Of a stretch of 64,000 nucleotides of DNA, positions 28,236 to 40,003 are shown piece by piece; positions within the stretch are counted from its first letter, which is position 1; each line of letters starts with the position of its first letter. A model generated the notes under the pieces. That model saw nothing but the letters and a program-made list of their open reading frames with translations. It did not search any database and was not told the origin of the DNA. Source of the stretch: Kondoa subrosea. Lineage: Eukaryota. The DNA lies in the NCBI GenBank assembly GCA_039545335.1, contig BCIN01000003.1, forward strand, positions 372,001 through 436,000. The letters are read 5' to 3'. Both the position numbers and the translations under genes were made by a program.

Positions 28236-28589
28236 CAGTGTATGATGAAAAAGCTTGCACAGAACCAGAGAAGAGCACATTGCAATCTGCTACGTGGGCT
28301 GTATTGGCCTCAAAGATGTGAACATTCGGAGCGCGTGGACATCTCATGTGTAGTGCAGTATAGTACTGACAAAGCGGTGTATGCACTGGACCGCAGCGAT
28401 GGTTGGAATCGTGGACACTAGTAGTCGTGGACTGCAGAAGAGTAAGATTTTCGAGAGTTGCAGTCTACTGATGTCTCAATGGGTCTCGAAACGCAAGGGC
28501 ATCAGATTCAGCCTCTCATCAGGCGCATGTGTGGACAATATATATAGACCCGGAAAGCGCAGCGAGTAAGCCATGATAATAATTGCTCT

Positions 28590-30206
28590 TCATGCATCTT
28601 GCCCGTCCCCTTCATCCTCATCGTCTTGCAAATCAGCTTCAGTACTAGTCCAACTCGCCTCCGATCCTTCTTCGCCGGAACCTCCTTCGTCCGATGAAGT
28701 AGGTTCTTCCAATAGAAACTTCACGCCAGCTTCGCAGCACGCTATTGAGATCAATCCTAGATTTTCCTCGCCCCAGTGACTGTGGAAGCAAGCATGAGTA
28801 ACGTTGCCCCTGAGCAAGATCTCAACAGACCTATCACCGTCAATTGCCAATTCTTCCAATTTGGCCAACTTCTTGTCTTTAATGAACCCGGTCAAATCTT
28901 CCGTTGTGATGCGATACACATCTCCAACCGTCAAGAGTTCCACATTGGTTCCCGCAAATCGTTCAAGAAAGCTGATAGCAACAGGCGAATCACCAAGACA
29001 GAGTGTTTTCAACTTGGCAAACTGGTAGGGAGGTCCTTTATCCAATGCCTCGATATTCTGGGAACTGTTTGGACATTCGTCCAGTCTGAGATCGATAAGC
29101 TTTGGTCCCAGTTTCTGTAGAAGCGCTTCGAGACCTGGTGCTGATAGTTCGGTGGTCGAATCTAGGTCGAGAAGAGTGAGATTACAAGGCCAATTGCAAA
29201 GTCTATAAGATAATTCAGACCCGGTGTCAACTTCTAAAGCAGTCAGAGAAAGCTTACGCCCAAGTATCGTCAAACGAAGCTGGTTGAACCAAGACAAGCC
29301 TATCAAGATTTGTCCGAGAGAGGATAGCATCCCGCAAGAGGTACTCTCTATCAATTCCAGACTCGTCCACGTCTATTTCTTTCAAGTGAGGTAGGCGATT
29401 TATTAAGTAAGCGGCAGCGGTAGCAGAGATATCTCTGTCGTCAAATTGACATGAAAGAGCGAGATGTTGCAAAGTCTCTGCGTGCTTGAGGATGGCGTAA
29501 GCTAGACTCTTCTTGCCTTTGTATTTTGAGCTGTAATCGAAATCGACATCAAGACTTTGCAGATTCGCTGGTCGATCAATCAGACGGACACAGACGTTCA
29601 ATACACTTAAGCTCACTGAGTACTTGTCCGATCAATTCCCTGAACAGATCGTGCCTAGCCTGAGAATTCAAGTCCTTCCTTTGCTCTAATGTCATAGCAA
29701 GCCTTTCATCTAGATCTGGCTTTATTCTTCCCCAGAAATGGATGATGTACTTGCTGTTCAGTCGAAAGATATCCAGACCTCGCTTGATCCTGGTATTCGA
29801 AAAGCCTTCAACGTCGAGCGTTTGCCATACATATTTTCGACACAACGTGAAAAAAGTCGAGTTGACGAGAGAAAGAGATTTAAGCCAACTGTCTATCTTG
29901 ACTCTGTATTCTGGGCTGCAAGCGAGGATTGAGTTGCCGTGAAGTGAGAGATTACTTTCTTGCTCACAAGCGGTCCAAGGGAAAAGAGGGACGACTAGCA
30001 TTGCGAAGATCAGTCTCCAGCCAATTGAAGTCGTCCTCCGCTTCGTGAACAAATTCCACAATCGAAGGTATAAGCTCCAGAGGCAGTTGACTTATTTTGT
30101 ATGCAAGCTTTTCTTCGCCTATAGGCTCTGTCTCTTGTAGTCGTTTTGGATCTCCTGCTTGAGGTGGTCCCAGAACTTGTTTCCAGCCATAAAATTCGTA
30201 TGACAT
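28590..30206 (-). CDS. F-box-like/RNI-like LRR protein
   Basis: ISQLPLELIPSIVEFV...LKSLSLVN F-box-like start, repeated LxxLxL units (LQHLAL, LKEIDV, LKTLCL, LEELAI) and an acidic tail. Confidence 0.65.
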
Positions 30207-30432
30207 GCCAAAGTTCCGTTTAACTCAGATTCTGCAAGTTTCGGGTTCAAAGGGCCTTTGAGGCGAGCTGGTGCCAGATAGAAGGATGAATCTGGCTTCG
30301 TGGGTATATTTGACGCTGGTATAGACTCCCTGGTAGTCGTTGTTGCAAGAAGACGAGTGTGGAACAAAATTATGATGCAATGCACAGCACATTCTCTACA
30401 TGTAAGGAGCTACAGCGTTGGAGAGAAGTGAC

Positions 30433-32059
30433 CTAATCGTGTTCGGCAACTATACACAGACAAAAATCAGCATCTTCACTGTATCGCTGGAAGTAAAGCT
30501 GTACTCACCGAATAGAGAGGCCTTGCCCATTCCTGTAGGCAAGCTGTCAGCATAGTTCTCGTCGACAAGAGAATCTCATATCGTACCTGTACCAATGCAA
30601 AGAGTCGCAACACCAACTTCTTTGCCCGTCCTTCTCAGCTCGTGAATCAAGCTCGAAACAAGTCGACCTCCAGTAGCTCCCAAGGGATGACTTGATTGAG
30701 AAGCATTAGCTTTGAGCCTATTGTGTATGAAGTAGTGCTTACCCAATCGCGATGGCACCACCTTTAGGGTTGACTCTTTCTTCTGGAATCTTGCAAACAT
30801 CCATTGTTGCCAGACCTTGAGATGCGAAAGCTGAAAGGAGACTGTTGAGCTCGCAATTGATACTTTAGCCATCTACTCACCTTCATTCAGCTCAAAGATA
30901 TCGATATCTTCAACACCAAGATCGTGCTTCTTCAGCAAAGCAGGAAGAGCATAAGCAGGACCAATTCCCATAATATTAGGCGGTACTCCAGCAACAGCAG
31001 TTCCAATGAACCTTCCTAATGGTTTCAAGCCTAATTGATCCGCGACGCTTCTTCTCACTAAAGTCAAAGCACTTGCACCATCTGAAATTTGAGAAGAGTT
31101 TCCAGCTGTAGACGTTCCATTCTCTTTGAAAGCAGGTTGCAATTTAGCCAAAGATTCCATTGTCGTTTGACTTCGAATCCCTTCATCCGCTTTGATGGTT
31201 CTCTCTTTCGTAGATCCATCTCCTTTTGTATCCGTCCACATAACAGTAGTAGGCACGATCTCAGCATCAAAATAACCATTGTCTCTTGCTGCAGTAGCTT
31301 TTGCTTGAGAGCGATTAGCGAATTCATCTTGCCTTTGTCTAGTGATTCCATATTTCTCAGCTACATTTTCTGATGTAAGACCCATTGCCATAAGACAATC
31401 TCGAGCGTTTTGATTGGGTGATTCTTTGAGGTCTTTAGAGATGTTTGCTGGAATAGCTCTGGTCTGGAGAGCGGGATCCTCAGTGTCAACACATGGAGTG
31501 GAAAGGAAAGTGCTTACTCCGTAGTCTTGAGTCATGCTCTCTACTCCCGCTGCAATACCCATATCAATTACGTGCGTTTGAATAGAAGCCGCTATATCGC
31601 TAATGGATTGTAAGGAAGAAGCGCAAGCTCGGTTGACTGTTCTGAATGCTGTTTCTTGCGGGAATCTAAGCTCATAGCTTCAGCATAACGACCGAAAAGA
31701 ATGTGCAGCGTTGAACTTACCCTGCATGTAAAGCTGCTGTTCTCCCGCTCTTATGACCACCAAGTTCCATAAGTACAGTTCCAGTGGAAATATCCTGCAC
31801 AGCTCCACTCGATACATCCGATCCTTGTTGCTCCAATCTACCTTTGGTTGCCTAGATCCCGTCGCTTTAGTCTTTCTTACTTGATCAATAAGGTCATCTT
31901 GCTTACTTCCAAAAGCTTTGCCAGTAGAACTTCAGGATTTGTATCTTTGAAAGCACCCTTAAAACGACCAATAGGTGTACGCAGAGCAGTGACAATCACT
32001 ACATCGTCTGGCGATTTCTGGAGAATCTGTTTCAGGCCTTTCTTGAGAGCGAAGGACAT
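30433..32059 (-). CDS. 3-ketoacyl-CoA thiolase, likely the mitochondrial type
   Basis: [37 protein letters not shown] and LCIGTGMG. No PTS2 at the N-terminus. Confidence 0.92.
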
Positions 32060-32925
32060 GATGCGACTGATTCGAAGGATAGGCGATGAGAATTGAATAC
32101 ACCGTCCTGGTAGTGTAGGAGCAAGAGCTAGCTACGAAGGAGATGTTCGGAGCGACGGAGTGACTGCAAAAGGTTTATCCAAACAGCAAACAAGATCAGT
32201 CCCAAACGGCCAGTGTGGAGAGAGTAGGAGTGAAGAGAAGCAGATTAAAGACCGCAGGAAAAGGACCGCAGCAAGCAAGAGAAAGCTATGGAAAGGCGGA
32301 ATGCAGAAGAAAAACAAATTGCAGAAACGCGTCGAACAGCTCGCAACTCGTCGTATAGGCCTCTGGGAGAAGGGGGAGAGCAAAGAGTGCTTGCTGCGGA
32401 ACAAGAATCTCGATGACACCGATGGCCACGACTTTTCTGCGCCCAATTTTTGCCCTTGATTGCTTGATTCAATCATTCGAAACACATGATTCCTTTCATT
32501 GCTTTTGCTGTGCTGTCCTCCTGGTCTGCTCTACGCTGCTCGATGCACAAAACTCGATTTGCAGCGTGTTTTTCTCTTTGCGTCACATCTCTCCTTGACG
32601 ACGGAATCAGAAGCCTTCTTACCAAATGTCGGCTTCAAACTATAAAATTCATGTGCTATCCCTACACCTCAGGCAGATAGACAAGGCCGAGCTGTCACTG
32701 TCAGTCAAAAGATTCACAATCATCAACCTAATCGAAAATGTTGCGGAGATGCAGAAGATGACTTCTTGCTGAAGAAGCCCAACGTCTCAGCTTTGACCTA
32801 AGGCACTTCAAGCCTTTTCGTTGCCTTGCCTCTCTTGCTCTTGACCAAAGTCTTACTCTCACTCACTCATCTTTTCATTTCTACACCTCTTCTTCTTGCA
32901 TTCATACAAATTTCCTATCTCACAC

Positions 32926-34950
32926 ATGTCTGCAAGTCGTGGCCCACCTTTTCTCCCAACACATTAAAACTTATCTCTATTCATTTGACAGGACATCACG
33001 CTGGCGCACAAAGTTCAAATGCTTGAGCATATCATTCTAGGCAGTCAGTTCCCTTCTTCTAAACTTTGTCTCCGTGTTGAGTTGATTTGCGGCCGCAGCA
33101 CCAAGTTCTGGTATTGTAAGTAGTCTCCTATATATCCCGCGAAGAACACTGATTGAAGAAACGGATTCATATAGGATTATGAACAAGAGAGACCTAGAAA
33201 AGTTCAGGAAACCTACGCTCGCGTTCAACAGGACATCAAAGTCAGTCTTGCATTTCTCCACATTCTTGCGCATTCAGCTGATCAAGGACCAGCAGAACCA
33301 AAACACCTTCTGCGTCGCTATCATCGATGCTGAAGTCTTAGCTTTCGATAAAAGACACGTTAGAGGCGGAAGAGATCAAGGTCGCTTTGTCCGTCAAGCT
33401 GTGGATGAAGGTTTGCGCGTCTCTTTAGCTCACATGGGTGTGGTACGTCGAGATGCGCTTAGATCTGGTTACTTAGCTAACTTGCCTGCAATCGTGATGT
33501 ACAGAACACCATCATGCCTGGCGAAGAAAAGTCTGCTCAGCCTGAAATTCATCTCTTCTTGCTTGTAGACTCCAAGCGTCCTCGTCTGAATTGTCGCGAG
33601 CAGGGTAGGTTGTCGCGCTTTTTTGCAAATCTGCTCTAACACGGTTTTCCTAGACTACGTTGCTGAACCTGGAACAATCAATTCCTTCTATCAAGGCTTT
33701 CATGCTTCAGAGAACTGTTTGCTCATTGATGGCGATGCAGAGCTTCGCGAACAGAAGCTTCGAGGTATGTTCCCGCTGCGGATGCGAGTGACCGCTTCTC
33801 ACTCCTCGATAGGTCTTCTCGACTTCTTTCTTCCTCAAAGCAATTGTCGACGCGTCTTCATAGGCGGCTGGTCACCTGCACCTCGTTGGCGACCTACTCT
33901 TGAGGAATTTTCCGCGCGCACCGAAGTCAGTCGAAGAATCGAGCCCATGCTCTATGACAAGATCGTTCTACTTCAGCAAGCTGGTGCTCACACTCAATCT
34001 TACTTGTGTTCAGACGAGACTTTCACGGAAGAGAATGTCCTGTGCTTTACCCGAACTGAACTTCCCTGCGTCTTCAAACCTGCCAGCTCTCCTAGCATCT
34101 TGCAACCAGCGTTCGATATGCGTCGTGCAGCAACGGAAGAAGATGATTCTGTCTCTATTGGCAATAGCAGCGACATCTCCACCTTGACTCTGTCACCTTC
34201 GCACTCTCATCTCAGCTGGTCTGAAACCTCTTCACCTACCACGACTATTGGCTCTTCTTCTCCTGTCCGACGTCGATTAGATCTTCTCATTACCCCTCCA
34301 GCATCACCTACTCGACCATCTCGAACTCGTTCTTCCACTGCTCCCATGTTCCCTCAATTGAAAAGAAACGCTTCACAAGTCTTTCCTACCTCTTCTCCCT
34401 TACCTCGACCAAGACATACCTCAGTTCCTGGTATGCTCAATCATGAAGTTCTGTCCTATTCTGCGGTCGTCAAACCAAAAGCTGAAAGCTACAATGCTTT
34501 CTTGGAAGAGTGCAAGACTAACCCAGCTTTGGCTTGTGAGTGGTATTCACTTGTGTTTTGCCTTGAATTCGTGCTAATAACGTTTTTAGGTGAAGGACCA
34601 ATTCATCATGTCAATCCTAAGTTGCCAATGTCTAAGCAGACTATTCCTCCTTGGTAAGTGATCGCTGTCTTGTTGCTGAATTGGTAGCTCAAAGAAAGCA
34701 ATCTCGCAGCAACAACTACTATCTTACTTCTCTCGGTTGCCCAAATCCTGGCAAATGCAAATTCAGCCATTATTATATGCTCACTCCGACTCAGATTGAA
34801 GAGCTACGTAAAGGCGCAAAGACTGTCGCGTGGGTTGATGTTTCAATAAGATAGTAGTACACGCTGATGTTCTTTAATAGTTGCAAGCATTTGAAAGACA
34901 CTGGAAAATGTCCACAAGGCGACATGTGCCTCTTTGGTCACTTCCACTAG
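32926..34950 (+). CDS. Tandem CCCH zinc-finger protein with an N-terminal alpha/beta domain
   Basis: C-terminal CNNYYLTSLGCPNPGKCKFSH and CKHLKDTGKCPQGDMCLFGH, after an S/P-rich linker. In-frame N-terminus via a GC-AG first intron at 32932. Confidence 0.75.
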
Positions 34951-35424
34951 TTGTGAAATTACACCGAGATTCTGACAATCGCATCCCATCGCATCCATTT
35001 TTCATCCATTTTCACGACAACATCACGACATTCCGCATTACGATTTCCTCACGACACCTTCTTACATTTCTTCCTTCATCAAAACAGATCAATTCGCCTT
35101 CTTCATATTTCATCCTGATACATATTCGATATATACTTCTTTTCGTCGAATCTTCGTACCGTCTATTAACAGTCAAAGCTCTGGTCAGCGCATACAAAAG
35201 TCAATACATACATCATACAAATTCCCATCATCCAGACAAAAATCCTCGAATCAAACGAATACAGCACTGAAAAACAAGGGAAAGAGGGATATCAGCAACA
35301 AAGACAATAGGCTAAGCAAAACTTTCAAGAACTGTAAAAATAGTTTGTTTGGCAGTAGTTCACGTATAGATCCGTTCACTATCAGTAACAATGAAGCAAT
35401 GAATACATTAGTTTCGAACAAGTA

Positions 35425-37349
35425 TTACAACGGATTGTCCGGATGTACGGCATTCCATCTCTGCCGTATGCTTTCGTCTTCAATGTGAGAAGAACCATCA
35501 AGTTGATTGCCGAGCGTAAGCCTGTATAAGTTAGGATAAGCTTTCGAAAAGCAGCACGGAAAGGTTTGACTTACCACCCTGCCCTAGTGTTGTGCATTCG
35601 CCCAAAGAGCTCTGCCATATATTCGTCAGTATGCAGCAACGATAGTAGATAATTAAGATACCAAGTTTGCGACCAGAAGGAGACAGTCGCTCAATGAGTT
35701 CATAGATTTCGTTAGGTTTTCTGTCAAGCGGTGACTGCAGCATCAGCGCAAGCTGAATGACACCGTCAGCGTCCCTACCTGCTCGTCTCCCTAACTTGCG
35801 CAACAATCACATCGGTATCTAAACCTCTGTTCACCCAGTTCAAAGCAGGATAATCCCCATCATTGGATTTGGGCGCAGTAGTGGGTAAAGAAGAGGAAGA
35901 AGGTCTCTTGTACGCTACCAGACAGTGTTCTTTTGAGTGATTGAGCCAATGACCCGTTCGACCTGTCGTGCAATTAGCCTTGAAGGAGCCAGACCGCAAT
36001 AAAGAAGATACCAGTTCTGATCAATCGCTGCAGCTGAGAAGTCTTGATCCAGACAATTTCTTCTATTCGCTCATATCTGAACACTCTTGCTTTCAGCCAA
36101 TCGCCTAATGGCGGACTGAAAACACGAGCACACCCCCAAGTATTCAAACAATCACGACCAACTTCCATTGCTCGACCCGTTACCCAAAGGAAGAGCAGAC
36201 CACCATCTTTCTGCAGTGCTGGAACGGGCAGAGCACGCATCTCATCGTCCGACATAGTCCCGCTGTCAGCCATGGCAAGCCTGTATCAGGCATTACTCTG
36301 ATTTCAGCCTCCAAATTACTGACTAGGGCAAAGATTGATGTATATCCCTGCTCGGAATCATCAGCTGAAATATGAATTATGCAAGAATAGTCTTACCAAG
36401 GTGGATCTGCGCAAATGATATCGAATTGACCTAAAGCAGCAGGATCTAGACTTCTGAGGTCGCATTCGATCCATTGAGGTGGTAACTGTCATTCATTGAA
36501 GCCTTTAGCCTGCATCAAGCTGTGACTACGATGAACTCACAGGTTTACCGAGCTTCAAGCTCGGGGTAATTGCGTTCGTTCGAGGCAGGTAATCACCTCG
36601 CTCTCTCTTCTTTGCTTCTCGAGCTTCATTCTTCTCCAATATAGCTTTAGTCGAGCCTGGATCTTCCAGTTCATAGCTGTAATCATCACAGCCACGCCAT
36701 AAGCACAAGACTTAACAAGCTTGCGATCCCGAGTTACTGTACGTAGCGACATATATCCGGTCGATGACAAGTATTGAGGTACGAACAATCGCCCAAAGAA
36801 GAATCGGTGTGTTGTTGAAGGATGACCTGAAAATGTATCTTGTCGCAAGGATCGAGGACTCCATTGATTTTCTGGCAATCATGTTTAGTACAGTGCTCGC
36901 ATACTTCAGCGAAAGTTTGAGTGAAATCCTGGAACTGTCAGATTCAAGCATGACTGAGCTCGGTCGGAGCAAAGCTGAGCAAGTTACTGACATTCTCCCT
37001 GATCAATAGATCTGTACGCCGTTTTCGACGAGGAAGGGCATCTAGAGCTTCTTCAAGTGATTTGAAAGCCGTCGAGGCAGAACGCTTGTTCGAGCTGCTA
37101 TACAGATTCTCAAAGCGAGAACAGCAAGAATAGACGAGAGGCGAACGAGTAGGCCGAGACAGTATCTCCAGACATTGTCACATCAGGCATAGAGCTCAAG
37201 ATGTTTGTAATGCGACCCAAGTCTTGCGGATAGTGCAGTGATGCTACTTCATCAGCGCAAAGAGAACGAAGCAAGGCATCCACTGTGATGGGTAATCGTT
37301 CTGAAGCTAACAGCTCGGATATAGCGAGCTCTAAGGTATCTTCACTCAT
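35425..37349 (-). CDS. IME4: mRNA m6A methyltransferase catalytic subunit (MT-A70, METTL3/Ime4)
   Basis: Spliced [55 protein letters not shown] and WLTLGNQL; zinc finger [16 protein letters not shown]. Start uncertain. Confidence 0.9.
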
Positions 37350-37495
37350 GCTTTCGCCGTTCACTGCAAAAGCACTCGAATTATGTAATTCATCAACAGC
37401 GATGTTCTGGTCCGCGGTCTCGATGATTCCGTTTCTTGATCGCTATCTACCTGATTGCACACGTTACAAAGTCCAATGACTCATTATTCCTCTTC

Positions 37496-38225
37496 TTACA
37501 ACTTGCTACTCGCTTTCATGTTGAAAGCATACGCATCTATTCTAAGCCTGTTTTCATCATACATTCGACTGATTCCAATGACTGTGAACTGCTGTGTCAC
37601 TTTTCTGCGCTGTTTCACAGGCAGAACAATGCTTACTTGAAGTATCATTCAGCCAGTAATAACGCTCATCTCCTGTTTCGATGGTGATGTGCAGTTGTAG
37701 ACCAGGAGGTCCTTCGACTGATGATGGTCTTAGTGGACCTTTCGTTTGCAGGAAGAGATATGCTGGAGTTTCATCATTCGTTTTCAAGGTATATCGTGTG
37801 TCTGCGTGAAAGACGCCTGTCTTAGCATCTACTCTTCCCCAATCCGCGCCTGTATCGGATTATAAGTCGCTTGCGTGTCTGTACTTCGAACTCCAACCCT
37901 CACCTTGATTCATAATGACTGATAATCTCTGGTCAGACAAATTGCGTTTTCTTGCTGAAGTCAAGCCTAACCTCCCTACAAATTCGATTAAGTGTGAATG
38001 TCGACTGAGATGATCTCTACTCACTTTCATCTTTGGCCCTTCAAAGGTTCCTCCAATAATAGGTATAGCAATTCTACGCCCCAGCGGGCCTACACCATAG
38101 TCTACTCTTTCACCCAGATCGCAATCCAACGAGTCTGCGAAGACCAATGAGCTCGTGTAACTTAGAGTCTGACTAAGCAAGACCATACATAGAAACTCGA
38201 AATCTGGGAGAGCAGGTTGATCCAT
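37496..38225 (-). CDS. DUF3237/UPF0311 family protein with C-terminal SKL
   Basis: GPLGRRIAIPIIGGTFEGP, GADW, DTRYTLKT and ETGDERYYWLN; last exon ends AFNMKASSKL*. Confidence 0.8.
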
Positions 38226-38528
38226 TGCGACGACTCCCAATTCTGTTATCTTCTGCAAGAGAGATTGAAACAACGCGCTTGGAATGCAGCAGAAGAGAGA
38301 CGTTGGCTTGTTCCTAAGCCTGATTCCTGCTTAAATGGAATATTCTGCAAACCGCTAGAGAATATAAGCGTCAAAGTGTCCGCCTGATACAGACGCTTGC
38401 TCTTTCTCCCTACATTACTGTGCTCTCTCCCTTTATCGCTGGTATACAGACACAAGTGCTGTCCATTGCCTAGACAGTATGTTGTCAGATATCACGAAGC
38501 GAGATTCCAACACCTAACAAATGCTTAG

Positions 38529-39463
38529 ATGTCTTATCTCTCTTCTCTGTATCATGGCGTTGTCGTCTCCGTCATCCGCTATCTAGCTAAAGAAGACATC
38601 AAGACAAATCCAGACGAAGTTTTGCAAATCCCAAGTCGAGACAATGACCGCACGATTAGAGCTCATATCTATCACTCTACGAATTGGAATGGCAATGGTC
38701 CTACTCCTGTTCTGGTCAACTTTCATGGTAAGTATATCTATGTATTGTGAACCTGCAGAATTGACTTTGAGAACTCTAAGGCTCTGGCTGGATATTGCCG
38801 CTTCACGGTTCCGACGACGAGTTTTGTCGAATGGTCTCAAGCAAGACGAAATACACCGTTGTGGATGTAGCTTATCGTTTGGCTCCAGAACATCCTTTTC
38901 CATCTGCTGTCCAAGATGCGGAAGACGCTATTAAATGGGTCATGCAGCAAGGCAAGCGCTTTGACACCAAGCATATCTCGTTGAGTGGATTCAGCGCTGG
39001 CGGCAACCTCGCTTTAGGTGCTTCTTCGGTCACTTTTCCTTCGACCACTTTCGAAAACATAGTCCTTTTCTACCCTCCTTGCGATCTAGCTAAAGACCCA
39101 AGTGAAAAAGTCGCACCTGATACTTCTGGAAAACCTTTCCCAGCTTGGATGGCAAGAACTTTCAATGCAAGTTACGATCCAACGCAAGAAAACGCTCTTT
39201 CACCTCTTCTTTCACCAGCTCATACCGACCCTAGCAAGTTTCCTAATCATATGCTCTTCGTTACTTGCGCTCTAGACAACTTGTGTATGGAAGCTGAAGA
39301 GTTGGCAAACAAGATCAAAGGCGTTCCTGGCAAACAAGTGGAATTGAAAAGGATGGAAAAATGTAATCATGCTTGGGATAAATCATGCAAGGCAGGGAGT
39401 CAGGAAGAGAAGCAGAAATACGCGGCTTATGATGCAGCTGTTGCATTCCTCAACAGATCATAA
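38529..39463 (+). CDS. Alpha/beta hydrolase, HSL-family esterase/lipase
   Basis: VNFHGSGW, YRLAPEHPFP, GFSAGG nucleophile elbow, D (LDNL) and H (HAWD); one intron. Confidence 0.9.
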
Positions 39464-40003
39464 TTGTACGGAATGTTAGTTTTGCCGTCATGTCTTCTCG
39501 ATTTGGTCCAATAATTACATATTATTAGCTCTGCTCTGTTGAGCCCTGGCACCTTTACTACTACTCCTATCGAGTTGTCAAACATTGCTGAGCGGATGTA
39601 ATAGAGTTTAACGATCGAGCGGTGTCCGCTCCGCTTTTGTCGATCACTCTAAATTCTTCCAGCACCAAAAAAGGCACTTGGAGATATTTCTCCGTCTCCT
39701 GGAATCGCGATGCCCTCGTTGAACAGTTCAGGCTCTTTGGAAAACCAATATTCCGTTCGCTTATCTCGTTTACTATACGATATAGAGGAGCTCCAGACCG
39801 CTCAAAGTGGACTTTCTTGGGTATCTATTTGCAAAAGACCCGCTACAAGTTTCTCCCAGTCTGGAACCATGGTATACGCGGTTTCCTTCTTGTATTCTCA
39901 TCCTCCGCTTCTCCTTCTTCATCTCCTTACTTTTCCTTCCTTCCAACTCCGCACTCCAAAGTTTTATAACGTCTTGCCATTGGGACAATGGCAGCGTCCA
40001 ACT

